Shown: piece after piece, positions 40,015 through 52,197 of the stretch
Position numbering within the stretch: position 1 is the stretch's first letter
Layout of the letters: the number at the start of each line of letters is the position of its first letter
Assembly: GCA_963727625.1 (NCBI GenBank)
Contig: CAVSHR010000009.1
Coordinates: 320,001-384,000, forward strand
DNA from: an uncultured delta proteobacterium
GTDB taxonomy: Bacteria; Desulfobacterota; Binatia; UBA9968
Length of the DNA stretch: 64,000 nucleotides
Direction of reading: 5' to 3'
Program-made: the position numbers and the translations under genes
Notes under the pieces: generated by a model
What the model was told of the DNA's origin: nothing
The model's database searches: none
What the model saw: only the letters and a program-made list of their open reading frames with translations

Positions 40015-42768
40015 CTACGAAAGCAAGTTTTTAGCCAACTGTTTCAAGCCGCCCGCACGATCACCGCCCAAGTTCACTCGGAGGACGCGCCGGCGCCGCT
40101 GTTTGAGCGCGGTAAAGTCGCCCAAGCCCTGGGCTCGAATCAAGGCGTCGAAAGTATAATCATTTTCCGGCACCGCCAAGTTTTCACTCGGCTGGTCGAC
40201 GATCTGCAGAACCAGCACCGAGTTAGGACCGCCCTTGTGCAGCTGGCCGGTGGAGTGCAGGAAGCGCGGACCGAATCCGAGAGTCGTCGCCACACCCAAC
40301 CGGCTCTGCAGCGCTGCACAAATTTCCGCCAGCAATGCGCGATGCTCCGCCGACGGATCGATGTAGGCCTGCACGGAAATGTAGTCGCGATTTTTTTTCC
40401 TCTCGAGCCATGACGCGACGGCTTGCGGCAAGCCATCGGCACCGGCCGCGATTTCATTTTTACCGGCACCGGCGCTTTTGCCGCCGCGCGCAGCCATGGC
40501 CTTTTTTGCCAGGTCCTTGGCCAGCTGCACATCGGGCTGGTTAAACGGATTGATCTCGAGCACCGCGCCGGCCGCCGCCACCGCGAACTCCCAGCGGAAA
40601 AACTCCTGGCCGATATCGTACTTGTCTTTCAAATCGACGCGCGCCACCGGGTGGCCGTTGGCGGCCAGGGCCGCGAGCCGGCGATCGAGGGCGAGGTTAT
40701 CGTCGGATTCGAGGCGAAGGTAGACAAAGAAACGGTCCGCACCGTATTTTTCCGGCGCAGCGAAATATTCTCCGGCCACGGGCACGATGCCTTTGCGCTC
40801 TTTGCCGGTGCTCTCGGCGATCAATTGCTCGACCCAGCAAGGAAACGCGCCGAGCGACGGCGAGCAGAGAAAAGTCACCTTATCGCGCTTGGCCAAAGTC
40901 AATTCGCCTAGCACCGCGCCGAGTAACAGCCCCGGATTGCGCCCGTCCGCAACAGACGGGCCACAGGCCTCGCTCATGCGCCGCGCGCGGGCGAGCACGG
41001 CGCCGACATCGACGCCGATCAGCGCCGCCGGCACGAGGCCGAACACGGTGAGCGCCGAATAACGCCCGCCGACTTCCACCGGCGCGCTGAAGGTCGCCCG
41101 GAAGTGGCGCTCCTTGGCGAGGACTTCCAAAGGCGTGCCGGGATCGGTGATAGCGACAAAGTGGCCGCCCGGCGCATCTTCGATTTGTCTGAGCTTGTCC
41201 CAGAAATAGCAGAAGAACGAATGGGTCTCTGTGGTCGTACCGGACTTGCTCGACACGACAAACAGCGTGCGCGCCAGGTCGACGCGCGCTTCGATCGCTT
41301 TGACCGCCGACGGGTGGGTGCTGTCGAGCACCTGCAAGGCTGGATAGCCCGCCGCGTTGCCAAAGGTCTGTTGAAATACTTCCGGCGCCAAGCTCGATCC
41401 GCCCATGCCGAGGAGCACGACATGGCGGATGCCGTCCGCCTTGACCTGATCGGCCAGGGCGCGCAGCTGCGCAACTTGCTGCGCCATCGACTCGGGTAAT
41501 TCGAGCCAGCCCAGGCGGTCGGCCAGTTCCGGCTGCGGCTGCGCGGACCAAAGCGTATAGTCTTTTTCCCACAGGCGGCCGGCGAATCGACCGTCTTGCC
41601 ATTGGCGCAAGCGCCGGTCGACACGCCGTTTGTAGCCCCCGAGCTGGAGCTCGAGCCGGGCCAATTCGGCGCCGAGCATGGCGCCGCGCTTTTTTTCCAG
41701 CGCCGCCATCAATTGATCGAAGGACGCCGCAAACGCCGCCACGCCGTCTTCCTGCAGCTTTTCGGTAACCGCGTCGAGGTCGATGCCGAGGCTCGCCAGC
41801 CGCGCCAGCGCGCCGTCGGCTTCAGCCAACCCTTCTTTCACGGTGGCGCCGGGAATCTTGCCGTGCTCGCGAAACGCGTTGATGGTATCTGGCGGCAGCG
41901 TGTTGACGGTTTCCGACCCGATCAGATTTTCGACGTAGAGAACATCCGAATAGGCCGGATTTTTCGTGCCCGTGCTCGCCCACAACGGGCGCTGCACACG
42001 CGCGCCGCGCTGGCGCAGGGCCGCAAAGCCCTCGCCGTGAAAAATCTCCAGGAAGCGGCGATAAACCACTTTAGAATTGGCGATGGCAATTTTTCCCGCC
42101 AGCGACTTCGCATCGTCCGTGCCGATCGCCTCCAGAGCCTTATCGACCATCGTGTCGACGCGGCTGACAAAGAAAGAAGCCACCGACGCAACCTTTGATG
42201 GATCGGCGCAGCGCTCCAGGCCTTTGATATAAGCCCGCGCCACCGCTTCGTAGTGGCTCATGGAGAACATCAAGGTCACGTTAATGTTCACTCCCTCAGC
42301 GATCAGCCGCTCGATGGCGGGAATGCCCGCGGCCGTGGCCGGCACTTTGACCATCAAGTTGGGCCGGTTCACCGCAGCTTTGAGTCGTTTCGCCTCGCTG
42401 ATGGTTTTTTCGGTGTCGCCGGCCAGATGAGGTGAGACTTCCAGGCTGACGTAGCCGTCGTCGCCTTGGGTGGCGTCGTAAACCGCGCGCAGCACGTCGG
42501 CCGCCGCTTGAATATCTTCGATGGCGAGCGGCTCGTAAAGCTTGCCGACTTCGGCGTCCTGACTTTCTGCAAGCATGGCGCGCAGCGCCGCGTCGTAGTC
42601 GGTGCTGCCGGCGATCGCCTTCTCGAAGATTGTCGGGTTGCTGGTGACGCCGCGAATGCCGTCTTCTTCGACGAGCCGCTTGAGCTCGCCGCTGCGAATC
42701 AGATTGCGCCGAATGTAATCCAACCAGATCGACTGTCCTTGTTCCGCCAGTGCTTTCAAAGGATTCAT
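40015..42768 (-). CDS. Bifunctional transaldolase/phosphoglucose isomerase
   Basis: GQSIWLD, TSNPTIF, VSLEVSP, WASTGTK followed by [28 protein letters not shown]. Confidence 0.92.
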   Translation of the reverse strand: MNPLKALAEQGQSIWLDYIRRNLIRSGELKRLVEEDGIRGVTSNPTIFEKAIAGSTDYDAALRAMLAESQDAEVGKLYEPLAIEDIQAAADVLRAVYDATQGDDGYVSLEVSPHLAGDTEKTISEAKRLKAAVNRPNLMVKVPATAAGIPAIERLIAEGVNINVTLMFSMSHYEAVARAYIKGLERCADPSKVASVASFFVSRVDTMVDKALEAIGTDDAKSLAGKIAIANSKVVYRRFLEIFHGEGFAALRQRGARVQRPLWASTGTKNPAYSDVLYVENLIGSETVNTLPPDTINAFREHGKIPGATVKEGLAEADGALARLASLGIDLDAVTEKLQEDGVAAFAASFDQLMAALEKKRGAMLGAELARLELQLGGYKRRVDRRLRQWQDGRFAGRLWEKDYTLWSAQPQPELADRLGWLELPESMAQQVAQLRALADQVKADGIRHVVLLGMGGSSLAPEVFQQTFGNAAGYPALQVLDSTHPSAVKAIEARVDLARTLFVVSSKSGTTTETHSFFCYFWDKLRQIEDAPGGHFVAITDPGTPLEVLAKERHFRATFSAPVEVGGRYSALTVFGLVPAALIGVDVGAVLARARRMSEACGPSVADGRNPGLLLGAVLGELTLAKRDKVTFLCSPSLGAFPCWVEQLIAESTGKERKGIVPVAGEYFAAPEKYGADRFFVYLRLESDDNLALDRRLAALAANGHPVARVDLKDKYDIGQEFFRWEFAVAAAGAVLEINPFNQPDVQLAKDLAKKAMAARGGKSAGAGKNEIAAGADGLPQAVASWLERKKNRDYISVQAYIDPSAEHRALLAEICAALQSRLGVATTLGFGPRFLHSTGQLHKGGPNSVLVLQIVDQPSENLAVPENDYTFDALIRAQGLGDFTALKQRRRRVLRVNLGGDRAGGLKQLAKNLLS

Positions 42769-42779
42769 CTTGTTCTCCC

Positions 42780-43238
42780 CTAAGATGATTTTCCGTAGCG
42801 CCGTTCCAGCGCCCGGATCTTCTCTATCCGGCGGCAATGGCGCTCTTCGCCGTTGAATTTTGCCGTCAGGAAATTATCCACAAGTTCGCGCGCCAGTGCG
42901 ACACCGATGACGCGCGCGCCGAGAACTAGTACGTTCATGTCGTCATGCTCCACGCCCTGGCGCGCCGCATAAGTATTGTGGCAAAGACCGGCGCGAATGC
43001 CGGGCATCTTGTTGGCCGCAACCGAAGCACCGACCCCGCTACCGCAAATCAACACGCCGCGCTCGGCTTCGCCGCCGATTAGCGCCTTGCCCACCGCCTC
43101 GGCAAAATCCGGATAATCCACCGGCTGATCGCTATCGGTGCCTTTGTCGATGACCTCGTGGCCGAGATGGCGCAAATAGGCGGCAATGATCTGCTTGAGG
43201 TCATAGCCGGCATGGTCCGCGCCGATAACGATGCGCAT
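42780..43238 (-). CDS. rpiB: Ribose 5-phosphate isomerase B
   Basis: [24 protein letters not shown]. Confidence 0.94.
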   Translation of the reverse strand: MRIVIGADHAGYDLKQIIAAYLRHLGHEVIDKGTDSDQPVDYPDFAEAVGKALIGGEAERGVLICGSGVGASVAANKMPGIRAGLCHNTYAARQGVEHDDMNVLVLGARVIGVALARELVDNFLTAKFNGEERHCRRIEKIRALERRYGKSS

Positions 43239-43240
43239 GC

Positions 43241-45298
43241 TTACCTCGCTTGGCTGAGCTGCTCCTTAGCGGCGGCGACGACATTATCCACCGTAAAGCC
43301 GAATTTTTTCTGCAACTGCTGGTACGGCGCCGAAGCGCCGAACCGCTCCATGCCGATCACTGCGCCGTTGACGCCAACGTACTTCGCCCAGCCGAGCGTC
43401 GAACCCTGCTCCACCGCGACGCGCGCGCTTACGGACATAGGCAATACCTGCTCGCGATACTCCTTGGGCTGGCGCTCGAACAGCTCCCACGACGGCATGC
43501 TGACCACGCGCGCCCGGACGCCGTCTTTATTCAGCCGCTCGTGAGCTTCGACGCAAAGCGACACTTCGCTGCCGGTGGCGAGCAAAATGACCTGAGGCTT
43601 GCCGCCGTCGGCATCGGCCAGAATGTAGGCGCCCTTCGCCAAACCCGCTGCCGGCGCGTACTTCGCGCGATCGAGCGTCGGCAACGCTTGGCGCGTCAGC
43701 GCCAGCGCCACCGGCTCATGTTTCAATTCCATAATCACTCGCCAAGCTTCGGCGACTTCATTGGCGTCCGCCGGGCGCATCACCACCATCCCTGGCATGG
43801 CGCGTAGCGACGCCAGGTGCTCCACCGGCTGGTGCGTCGGGCCGTCTTCGCCGACACCGATAGAATCATGGGTGAAGACATGAAGCTGGGGAATTTCCAT
43901 CAGTGCCGCCAGGCGCAGCGCTGGCCGCGCATAGTCGCTGAAAATTAAAAAGCCGGCGCCAAAGGCGCGCAAGCCGCACAGCACCATGCCGTTGACGATG
44001 GCGGCCATGGCGTGCTCGCGCACGCCGAAGTGAAAATTGCGCGCGCCGTAGCGGCCGGCCTCGAAGTCGGCCGCGCCGTCGAAAGTCAAGCGCGTCTTGG
44101 TCGACGGCGCCAAGTCCGCCGAGCCGCCGATCAGCCATGGAACATTTTTGGCAAGGGCGTTTAACACTTTGCCGGACGAATCGCGTGTCGCCAGCCCCTT
44201 CGGATCGGCGGGAAAACTCGGAATGTCTTTGTCCCAGCCCGCCGGCAGCTCGCGCCGCTGCATGGTCTCGAGCTGATCTGCGAGCTCGGGATACTTACTC
44301 TTATACTCTTGATACTTCGCCATCCAGGCGTCGCGCTCAGCCTGGCCGCGTTTGCCGAGCACTCGGGCGAAGCGTTCCTGCACCCCTTCGGGGACGAAAA
44401 ATTTTTGCTCTTCCGGCCAGCCGTAATTTTTCTTTGCCAGCTTGATTTCTTCTTCGCCGAGCGGTTCGCCATGCGCTGCGGCGGTGTCTTGCTTGTTGGG
44501 CGCGCCGAAGGCGATATGGCTGTCGACGATAACAAATGTCGGCCGATCGTTGGCCTGGCGGAAGCTTTCGAGCGCGCGGCTCAGCGCTTCGCAATCGTTG
44601 GCATCGCTCACGCGCCCCACGTTCCAGCCGTAGGCTTGGAAGCGCTTGCCGACATCTTCGGACAGCGCCAGTTTGGTGCTGCCTTCGATGGAAATCCGGT
44701 TGCTGTCGTAGATCCAGCAAAGATTGGAAAGTTTTAAGTGGCCGGCCAACGACGCCGCTTCGCCGCTGATGCCTTCCATCATATCGCCGTCGCCGCAAAG
44801 CGCGTAAACGGCAAAATCGAACAGTTCGAAGCCCGGCCGATTGAAGTATGACCCAAGCCACTTCGAAGCGATCGCCATGCCGACGCTGTTGGCGACACCT
44901 TGCCCCAGAGGTCCGGTGGTGGTCTCCACGCCTGAGGTTAATCCGTACTCCGGATGGCCGGGCGTCTTGCTGTCGAGCTGGCGGAATTTCTTGATGTCGT
45001 CCAGCGTTAGCGCCGGTTGATTCAGCGGCTGATGTTTTTCATCCACCGCGCGCACGCCGGCGAGCAAAAGCGTCGAATAGAGCAGCATTGAGGCATGTCC
45101 GATGGAAAGCACGAAGCGATCGCGGTTGGGCCAGAGCGGATCGGCCGGGTCGTATTTCAAATGGTGTTGCCAGAGCTCGTACATCACCGGCGCCATCGCC
45201 ATCGGCGTGCCCGGATGGCCCGAGTTGGCCTGCTGCACCGCGTCCATCGCCAAGGTGCGGATGGTGTTGATGCACAACTGATCGATCGATTCACTCAT
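43241..45298 (-). CDS. tkt: Transketolase
   Basis: [44 protein letters not shown]. Confidence 0.96.
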   Translation of the reverse strand: MSESIDQLCINTIRTLAMDAVQQANSGHPGTPMAMAPVMYELWQHHLKYDPADPLWPNRDRFVLSIGHASMLLYSTLLLAGVRAVDEKHQPLNQPALTLDDIKKFRQLDSKTPGHPEYGLTSGVETTTGPLGQGVANSVGMAIASKWLGSYFNRPGFELFDFAVYALCGDGDMMEGISGEAASLAGHLKLSNLCWIYDSNRISIEGSTKLALSEDVGKRFQAYGWNVGRVSDANDCEALSRALESFRQANDRPTFVIVDSHIAFGAPNKQDTAAAHGEPLGEEEIKLAKKNYGWPEEQKFFVPEGVQERFARVLGKRGQAERDAWMAKYQEYKSKYPELADQLETMQRRELPAGWDKDIPSFPADPKGLATRDSSGKVLNALAKNVPWLIGGSADLAPSTKTRLTFDGAADFEAGRYGARNFHFGVREHAMAAIVNGMVLCGLRAFGAGFLIFSDYARPALRLAALMEIPQLHVFTHDSIGVGEDGPTHQPVEHLASLRAMPGMVVMRPADANEVAEAWRVIMELKHEPVALALTRQALPTLDRAKYAPAAGLAKGAYILADADGGKPQVILLATGSEVSLCVEAHERLNKDGVRARVVSMPSWELFERQPKEYREQVLPMSVSARVAVEQGSTLGWAKYVGVNGAVIGMERFGASAPYQQLQKKFGFTVDNVVAAAKEQLSQAR

Positions 45299-45366
45299 AT
45301 TAAAGATCTCCCCGGTCATGGTAACGCTCGGATGCAGCGATGCTCCCCCTTTAGGGGACGCTGGAC

Positions 45367-47187
45367 TCAATACTTCTCACTACTAAGCGCACGGTCAAGG
45401 TTAAAGGCGGCGCTGATCAGGCCGAGGTGGGTAAAGGCCTGCGGAAAATTGCCCAACGCTTCGCCGCGATGACTGATTTCTTCGGCGTAAAGTCCGACAT
45501 GATTAGCATAACCGAGCATTTTTTCGAACAGTAAGCGCGCCTCTTCGATTTGCCCGGCGCGGGTCAACGCCTCGACCAACCAGAAACTGCAAATACTAAA
45601 GGCCCCCTCGCGCCCGCTCAGACCGTCCAGAGAATCCGCGTCGCCGAGCCGGTAACGATGCACCAAGCCGTCCAGCGCCAGGCTTTGCCGAGTACGCTCG
45701 ATGGTCCGGAGCATGCGCGGATCCGTCGGCGAAACGAAAAACACCAACGGCATCAAAAGATTACTCGCGTCCAAATCGTCGCTATCGTAAGCCAGCACGA
45801 ACGAATTCGCGCCTTGACGCCAACCTCGCTCCATAATTTCCAGATAAATTTCGTCGCGGTTTTTTAGCCAGCGTTCATAGGGCGCCGGGAAGCTTCTCTT
45901 GCCGGCCAGTCTCAGGCCGCGGTCCATAGCTACCCAGCACATGAGCTTGGAATAGACGTAGTGGCGCGGCTCGCTGCGCATCTCCCAGATGCCGGCGTCG
46001 GGATCCCGCCAGTGCTTGCATACATGCTCCAGTTGGCGCAGCAGCTCGCGCCACAGATCGTAGGAAATCGGCGTGCCGTACTTATTGTAGAGATAAACCG
46101 AATCGAGCAGCTCGCCGTAGATATCGATCTGCGACTGGCAGTAGGCCGCGTTGCCGATGCGCACCGGCTTGGAGCCCCGGTAGCCGTCCAGGTGTTCGAG
46201 CTCCGACTCCGGCAGCTGATGGCGGCCATCGATGCCATAGAACGGTTGCAGCGAGCCGTCGGGTTTGAGCTCGTGGCAGCGCTGTTCGAGCCAACCCATG
46301 AAGCGTTCGGCCTCCTGGCTGAAACCCAAGCGCATCAGACCGTAAATCGTGAAGCTGGCGTCGCGAATCCAGCAGTAGCGGTAATCCCAGTTGCGCACCC
46401 CGCCGGTCTCCTCCGGCAAACTGGTGGTCGGAGCGGCGACAATGGCGCCCGTCGGCTCATAGGTCAGCAGTTTCAAAACCAGCGCCGAACGCTGTACCAT
46501 CTCGCGCCAGCGACCGGTGTAGGCGCATTGCGCAAGCCAGCGCTTCCAAAAGTCCACCGTGCGGCGAAAAGCGTCTTGGCCGCTCTCTTCGGGAATTAGC
46601 AGGTTCGCCTCGCTGCCCTGATCGACTTGGCGCAAATAAAACGTCATCGATTGGCCATGATCGAGTGAAAAGTCGGCTTCCACGCCGCGGCCCGTGACCG
46701 CCAGCGGCACCCGCGACACCAAGCCCACCGACATGAAAGGACTAACGAAGGCCGCGCCTTGCGGAAACAAGTGGACCTCGTGCGCTGCCCGCGCGTAATC
46801 GAATGCCGGGAAACACTCGAGGCAAAAGTGCATGTTGCCTGCCACACTGCTGACGCGCCGGATAATCTGATGGTAGTTGGCTCGCTTGCCTTGCACCGTG
46901 CGCGGTTCGATGGGCATAAAATCGGTAATCTCGGCGATGCCTTCGTCGCCGAAGAAGCGCGTGATCAAGACGTTGGTTTCGGGAATGTAGAGTTGCTTGC
47001 GACGTGGTTCTCCGACCGGGCTAATCTTGAAATAGCCGCCCTTGTGATCATCGAGCAACGCGCCGAAGACGCTCGGCGAATCGAAGTTCGGCAGGCAACA
47101 CCAATCGATGGAGCCGTCGATGCCAACCAACGCGACGGAATGCAAGTCGCCGATGATGCCGTAATTTTCAATCGGTTTGTAGGCCAT
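45367..47187 (-). CDS. Glycoside hydrolase family 15 (glucoamylase/trehalase-like)
   Basis: [35 protein letters not shown]. Confidence 0.93.
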   Translation of the reverse strand: MAYKPIENYGIIGDLHSVALVGIDGSIDWCCLPNFDSPSVFGALLDDHKGGYFKISPVGEPRRKQLYIPETNVLITRFFGDEGIAEITDFMPIEPRTVQGKRANYHQIIRRVSSVAGNMHFCLECFPAFDYARAAHEVHLFPQGAAFVSPFMSVGLVSRVPLAVTGRGVEADFSLDHGQSMTFYLRQVDQGSEANLLIPEESGQDAFRRTVDFWKRWLAQCAYTGRWREMVQRSALVLKLLTYEPTGAIVAAPTTSLPEETGGVRNWDYRYCWIRDASFTIYGLMRLGFSQEAERFMGWLEQRCHELKPDGSLQPFYGIDGRHQLPESELEHLDGYRGSKPVRIGNAAYCQSQIDIYGELLDSVYLYNKYGTPISYDLWRELLRQLEHVCKHWRDPDAGIWEMRSEPRHYVYSKLMCWVAMDRGLRLAGKRSFPAPYERWLKNRDEIYLEIMERGWRQGANSFVLAYDSDDLDASNLLMPLVFFVSPTDPRMLRTIERTRQSLALDGLVHRYRLGDADSLDGLSGREGAFSICSFWLVEALTRAGQIEEARLLFEKMLGYANHVGLYAEEISHRGEALGNFPQAFTHLGLISAAFNLDRALSSEKY

Positions 47188-47373
47188 CCCTGTCTCTGGA
47201 TCGAACCGGCTGGAGCGCAGGCCCGTTGACTGTTTATGTTCAGCCGAGCTGCGCCCTTTTTTAATCCTAGCACATCGACAATTGTCCGCTAGGCAGTTCG
47301 GCGAACAAATTTACCGAGCGTCAGGATCAAGGCTGGTTTAGAGCTTTGCCCCATGGGCACGGCGCGCTGGCCC

Positions 47374-48051
47374 TTAGAGATCGTCCCAGCGTTGCAGCAA
47401 ACCTAGCGTGGATTTAACCCGCGCCGCCGCCGCGGTGCCTAAATGGCGCAGCCGCTCGAGATCGGCAGGCGTATCGACGTCGAACCAGACCGGCAGTTGG
47501 CGCGTCGGTATGTTAAACGCGGCAAGCTTGGCGAGGGTCCGGGCCATCACTTGGTCATGACTCCAGGTCATATTGCGAAAAATTTCCAGCACCGGATCGT
47601 TCATGCCGACGAGATAGTAACCGCCGTCTTGGCTCGGTCCCAAAACCACTCGAGCCGACGGCGCAGCCAGGAACCCGAAGGCCTGGTCTAAATAGTCCAA
47701 GGGAAAAGCTGGCAAGTCGCTGCCGATGAGAACAATGCTCCGATGGCCGCGTGTCCACAGATCGGTAAACACGGCCGCCATACGGACGCCGAGATCTAGT
47801 CCGCGCTGCGCGATCAAGTGAAACTTGGCCCCGGCGATGGCGCTCATCAAAGACCCGGCATTGTCAGGGGCGTAGCAAACATAGCGCTCCACGCCGCTCA
47901 GCTCCTGCAACTGATCGAGCAGATCCAAAAGCAAGGCGCGGCTGAGTTCCGCCGCCTGTGCGCTGGTTAACGGCGGCACCAGGCGAGTCTTAACCGTACC
48001 GGCGATCGGCGCCTTGGCCATCACCGCCAGTGCGTTAGTGTGTGTCGGCAT
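47374..48051 (-). CDS. TIGR04282-like (DUF2064) arsenosugar-cluster transferase
   Basis: MAKAPIAGTVKTRL, QRGLDLG.RM, IGSDLP, LGPSQDGGYYLVG, DVDTPADL. Confidence 0.88.
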   Translation of the reverse strand: MPTHTNALAVMAKAPIAGTVKTRLVPPLTSAQAAELSRALLLDLLDQLQELSGVERYVCYAPDNAGSLMSAIAGAKFHLIAQRGLDLGVRMAAVFTDLWTRGHRSIVLIGSDLPAFPLDYLDQAFGFLAAPSARVVLGPSQDGGYYLVGMNDPVLEIFRNMTWSHDQVMARTLAKLAAFNIPTRQLPVWFDVDTPADLERLRHLGTAAAARVKSTLGLLQRWDDL

Positions 48052-48712
48052 AGAATTGCTTTAAGCGCGCCGGCGACACGCCGGCCAGGTAGAGAAGCTT
48101 GAGCGTCCACATTCGGAGCATCGTGCGCCATACTCCGTCGCTCTCCCAGCGCCGCGCCGAGGTCACCGCCCGGCTGCGCAGACAAGCCACGGCGCCGAGG
48201 CGCTTCAGCGTCCGGCAAAAAGCGATGTCCTCCATCAAAGGGATGTCGGGATAGCCGCCCATGCGCTCGAAGACTTCGCGGCGCACGAAAATGGCCTGAT
48301 CACCAGTGCAGACTTTGGTGGCCCGCGAGCGGTAATTGATCATGGCGCCGACGAGCTTGAGCATCCAGTGGGCGCCCTCCAGCTCGACGTCGAAACGGCC
48401 GCCAAGGCAGCGCGGATCGTTCAGCGCCGCTTGGATGTCATGAAACGCCGAAGGCGGCAAGCGTGTGTCGGCATGCAAGAACAGCAGGACCTGGCCGACT
48501 GCCCGTGCCGCGCCGCAATTCATTTGCCGGGCGCGGCCGCGCTCGGAGGTAACGATTTCGACGGCGAATTGCCGGCAAATTTCCACCGTTCGATCCCTGC
48601 TGCCGCCGTCAACGACGATGGTTTCCTGAGGACCGAGCGCGCTCAAGGCACGCAGCGACGATGCAATTGACTTTTCTTCGTTGAGGGCGGGAATAATGAC
48701 GGAGATCTTCAT
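48035..48712 (-). CDS. TIGR04283-like GT2 glycosyltransferase
   Basis: SVIIPALNE, VDGGSRD, GRARQMN.GA, FLHADT, GDQAIF, LMED, TSARRW. Confidence 0.9.
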   Translation of the reverse strand: MKISVIIPALNEEKSIASSLRALSALGPQETIVVDGGSRDRTVEICRQFAVEIVTSERGRARQMNCGAARAVGQVLLFLHADTRLPPSAFHDIQAALNDPRCLGGRFDVELEGAHWMLKLVGAMINYRSRATKVCTGDQAIFVRREVFERMGGYPDIPLMEDIAFCRTLKRLGAVACLRSRAVTSARRWESDGVWRTMLRMWTLKLLYLAGVSPARLKQFYADTH

Positions 48713-48800
48713 CGCCAAAGTCGTGGTCGAGAGTATCGCTGATGCTGTGTCCCGCCAAGGCCGTGGAAAACATCCACTCCGTCAGCGGAACTAAGCTTGC

Positions 48801-49640
48801 TTATGGTTTACCGTCCGCGCCGTTCAGTCGCCAGTCGTAATCATGGGTTAGACCGCCGTTGTATTTCTCCAACGCGTCGGCCAATTTCGGATTGGCGTAC
48901 TTTTGCCAGTGCTCCATCAAACCCTCGGCGTCGCGACCAAAATCCTCCTGAAACCAGACGTAGATGCTCGACACCTTAAGGTGATTATTTTGGATATCCA
49001 CACCGCGCGGATGATTGATGAATTCGCTCGCGCCTTTTTCCAATAACGCTTCTGTGTTCTCGCCGGTAAAAGCCAGCGGTTGAAGATTGGGACAACCGAG
49101 GCTGGCGCAGTTCACCGCGTAATGCACCCGGTTGTCTTTCCAGATCGGCCTGAGAATGCGATGCTCGATATCGTCGAGCGACAGTTTTTCCTCTTCGACG
49201 CTGAAAAGCTTCGCGCCCCAAGGTCCGCGCGTTAAAAATCCCGGCGAGATATTGATGTCGCGAATCGATGCCACCGGGTAGCGCGACAGGACCACGTCCA
49301 CGGTCACAGCGTTGTACACGTTGATCCAGTAGGCTTTTTGCTCGGCGCGGTTGTAATTCGAGATCGCCACGCCGCGCATGGCGTCGAGGTAGCCTTTCAA
49401 TAAATTTACACCCTCCGCGGCCGCGGCTTGATAGCGCACGCGATTGACGCCGGACGGATGCGGCGCGACGACGAATTGCTTGAGAAATTTATCCCAGGCG
49501 CCATGATCGATTTTGGCCGTGCTCGCCGGATCGTGCTTTTGCCAGCGCGGCCACAGATCGGCCTTCGGCGCCGCCTGTGCCATAGCGAAGCCAAGCCCCA
49601 GCGCAACAATCGTCAAAACTCCAATCAAAATTCTTTTCAT
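48801..49640 (-). CDS. Secreted DUF547 protein
   Basis: Signal peptide; AYWINVYNA, LDDIEHRILR, RVHYAVNCASLGCP, YDWRLN. Confidence 0.88.
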   Translation of the reverse strand: MKRILIGVLTIVALGLGFAMAQAAPKADLWPRWQKHDPASTAKIDHGAWDKFLKQFVVAPHPSGVNRVRYQAAAAEGVNLLKGYLDAMRGVAISNYNRAEQKAYWINVYNAVTVDVVLSRYPVASIRDINISPGFLTRGPWGAKLFSVEEEKLSLDDIEHRILRPIWKDNRVHYAVNCASLGCPNLQPLAFTGENTEALLEKGASEFINHPRGVDIQNNHLKVSSIYVWFQEDFGRDAEGLMEHWQKYANPKLADALEKYNGGLTHDYDWRLNGADGKP

Positions 49641-49679
49641 GAATACGCCTGACTCCTTGCCCTTGGCGCCTCACCGTTC

Positions 49680-51923
49680 CTACCGCCGCCACGCTAGCCA
49701 TTGCAAGAAAAGCTTCTTCACCGTTGGCGTCAGCTTCGTGCGCATATACGCGTCGCCGATCTTGCGCAGCGCTTCGACTTGCGTCGGATAAGAATGAATC
49801 GTCGAGGAAAGCACGCCGACGCTCTGCTTGGCGACCATCGCCAGCGTCACCTCCCCGAGCATCTCGCCGGCGTGGCGCGCCACGATCGTGCCGCCGAGAA
49901 TCTTACCAGTTTTTCTGTCGTAGTGAACGCGGGCGAAGCCGTCGTCCTCACCGTCGAGCACCGCCCGGTCGACGTCATGCAGCGGCTGGGTGATCGTCGC
50001 GATATCGAAGCCGGCGGCGCGGCCGTCTTTCTCGTAATAACCCACGTGGGCGATTTCCGGGTCGGTATAGGTGCACCAGGGGATCACCAGATCCGTAACT
50101 TTACGCCGCGCCAGGAAGAGCGCATTGGCGATCACGATGCGCGCCATCGCGTCGGCAGCATGGGTGAATTTATAACGCGAGCAAATGTCGCCGGCGGCAA
50201 AAACTCGCGGGTTGGAGGTACGCAGCCGCTCATCCACGTGAACGCCGCGCGTCCAGAAATCGATCCCCGCCGCATCCAAGCCGAGATTTTCGAGATTTGG
50301 CGCGCGCCCGACGGCGACCAAGATTGCGTCGCAATCGATCGTCGCATCGCGCCCGCCTGCCGTGATCGACAAACTTTTAGCGCCGTTGTGCGCTTGCGCC
50401 TGGCGAATCTCGGCGCCGGTGATAATCCGCACGCCGTCCTTTTCTAGAGAGTTACACACGATCGCCGCAGCGTCGCTATCTTCTTTGGGCAAAATCGCGC
50501 TGCCATGAGTCATTAAGACAACTTCACTGCCAAAGCGTTGAAAAGCCTGGGCGAGCTCACAGCCGACCGGCCCCGCACCGATTACCGCCAGGCGGCGCGG
50601 CAACTCGGTCAGCGCAAAGATCGTTTCGTTGGTGTAGAAACCGGCTTCGCTCAAGCCGGCGATCGGCGGCATGGCAGCGCGCGCGCCGGTGGCGATTACG
50701 GCGCGGTGGAAACTAAGGCGCTTGCCGTCGACTTCCACCGCGTCTGGGCCGGTGAAGCGGCCATTGCCGATATAGACGTCGATGCCGAGACTGCGAAAAC
50801 GTTCGGCGGAATCATGGCCGCTGAGATCCGCGCGCAGTTTGCGCATCCGTTCCATGGCAGCGCTGAACGCCACCTGCGGCTCGCTCGCGAGACGAACGCC
50901 GAACTCTTGGCCGTTGCGCGCCTCATAGACCGCGCGCGCCGCGCGAATGATTCCCTTTGACGGGACGCAGCCGCTGTTGAGACAGTCGCCGCCCATAAGA
51001 TTGCGCTCGATGAGCGCCACCTTGGCGCCGAGACCGGCGGCACCGGCAGCGCTGACGAGCCCTGCTGTGCCGGCGCCGATAACGAGCAAATTATATTTTC
51101 CTATGGGCTTAGGGTTGTTCCACTTGGGCGGGTGGCAATTTTCGATCAGCCGGCGATCGTGCACATCATCGACCAGCAGCATGTCGCTGAACGGCGTCGG
51201 TTTGTGATCGGCGTCCAAGCGCGGCTTTGCCATTACCACACCGCCTTCGTTGGATTGCTCGGCTTCACGCAAAGCTTTGCGCGCGACGCGCGTCACCAGC
51301 ACGACCACCGCAAACGTCGCGGCCAGGCCGACGTACTTTAAAAGTTGCTGATAGAAATCGGTTGAAGCCGGCTGGCCGGCCAGCGCGTCGCGCGCCGCCG
51401 CGCCGATATAAACGAAGAGAAACGTCCCGGGCAGCATGCCGAGAAGATTTGCCAGGACATAAGCGCCGGTTCGCACGGCGGTTAGGCCGAGTAGATAATT
51501 GAGCAGCACGAAGGGAAACACCGGACTCAAGCGGGTGAGAAAAACCATTTTGAAGCCCTGCTGGCCGATCGCTTGATCGAGGGAACGAAACTTCGGTTTG
51601 GCTTGGGCCCATTGGGTGACTCTTTCCCGAAGAAATGTGCGGGCTAGCAGGAACGCGCAAAGCGCGCCGAGATTGGCGCCTAGGAAGACGACTAGAAACC
51701 CGATGGACAGTCCAAATAAACCACCGGCGGCAATGGTCAATGCGCTCCCTGGAACGAAGAGTACGGTGGTCACTACGTAAACAATCGCAAAAATCACCGG
51801 ACCGAGCGCGCCCAGACTTTGGATGTAAATTTCCAGGGCTTCTAGCCACTGTCGAACCGGAAGAAATAAAAAACCGACAGCGACAATCACGACCGCTAAA
51901 GCGATGAAAACAGACTTCAACAT
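49680..51923 (-). CDS. DedA/VTT (TVP38) membrane domain fused to a mercuric-reductase-like flavin disulfide oxidoreductase
   Basis: N-terminal LTRLSPVFPF..LNY; C-terminal GAGTAG, GGDCLNSGCVPSK, HSYPT; no MerA C-terminal Cys-Cys. Confidence 0.87.
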   Translation of the reverse strand: MLKSVFIALAVVIVAVGFLFLPVRQWLEALEIYIQSLGALGPVIFAIVYVVTTVLFVPGSALTIAAGGLFGLSIGFLVVFLGANLGALCAFLLARTFLRERVTQWAQAKPKFRSLDQAIGQQGFKMVFLTRLSPVFPFVLLNYLLGLTAVRTGAYVLANLLGMLPGTFLFVYIGAAARDALAGQPASTDFYQQLLKYVGLAATFAVVVLVTRVARKALREAEQSNEGGVVMAKPRLDADHKPTPFSDMLLVDDVHDRRLIENCHPPKWNNPKPIGKYNLLVIGAGTAGLVSAAGAAGLGAKVALIERNLMGGDCLNSGCVPSKGIIRAARAVYEARNGQEFGVRLASEPQVAFSAAMERMRKLRADLSGHDSAERFRSLGIDVYIGNGRFTGPDAVEVDGKRLSFHRAVIATGARAAMPPIAGLSEAGFYTNETIFALTELPRRLAVIGAGPVGCELAQAFQRFGSEVVLMTHGSAILPKEDSDAAAIVCNSLEKDGVRIITGAEIRQAQAHNGAKSLSITAGGRDATIDCDAILVAVGRAPNLENLGLDAAGIDFWTRGVHVDERLRTSNPRVFAAGDICSRYKFTHAADAMARIVIANALFLARRKVTDLVIPWCTYTDPEIAHVGYYEKDGRAAGFDIATITQPLHDVDRAVLDGEDDGFARVHYDRKTGKILGGTIVARHAGEMLGEVTLAMVAKQSVGVLSSTIHSYPTQVEALRKIGDAYMRTKLTPTVKKLFLQWLAWRR

Positions 51924-52082
51924 TCGATGACATCGACGCTGTAGAGTAAATGTGGGCACCTTGCGGTTTCAAATAATCGACCCTGGTGGAGCGATGCCTT
52001 TGCGGCTAACTCACAGGGTAGATCCAGTGTGTAAACCCTCCAGTTTGTTATTACGGACAAATCCAGGTTCCGCCTTATCGTC

Positions 52083-52107
52083 AACGGCCAAGAAGCCAAT
52101 TAGTTCC
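52083..52107 (-). promoter_or_regulatory. Putative ECF-sigma promoter upstream of the DedA-reductase block
   Basis: Minus strand GGAAC-taattggcttcttggc(16)-CGTT. Confidence 0.55.
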
Positions 52108-52197
52108 GTGTTGTGACGGCTCCTAGTTTGATTCAGTGATTTTGCCGCTCGCGAAAACGCTCGTCCTTCGGGTCTCGCGGTGCCTCGGACTGTTTGT

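Noticed and set aside
49680-51923. merA mercury resistance
   Set aside because: No C-terminal Cys pair and no merR/T/P genes
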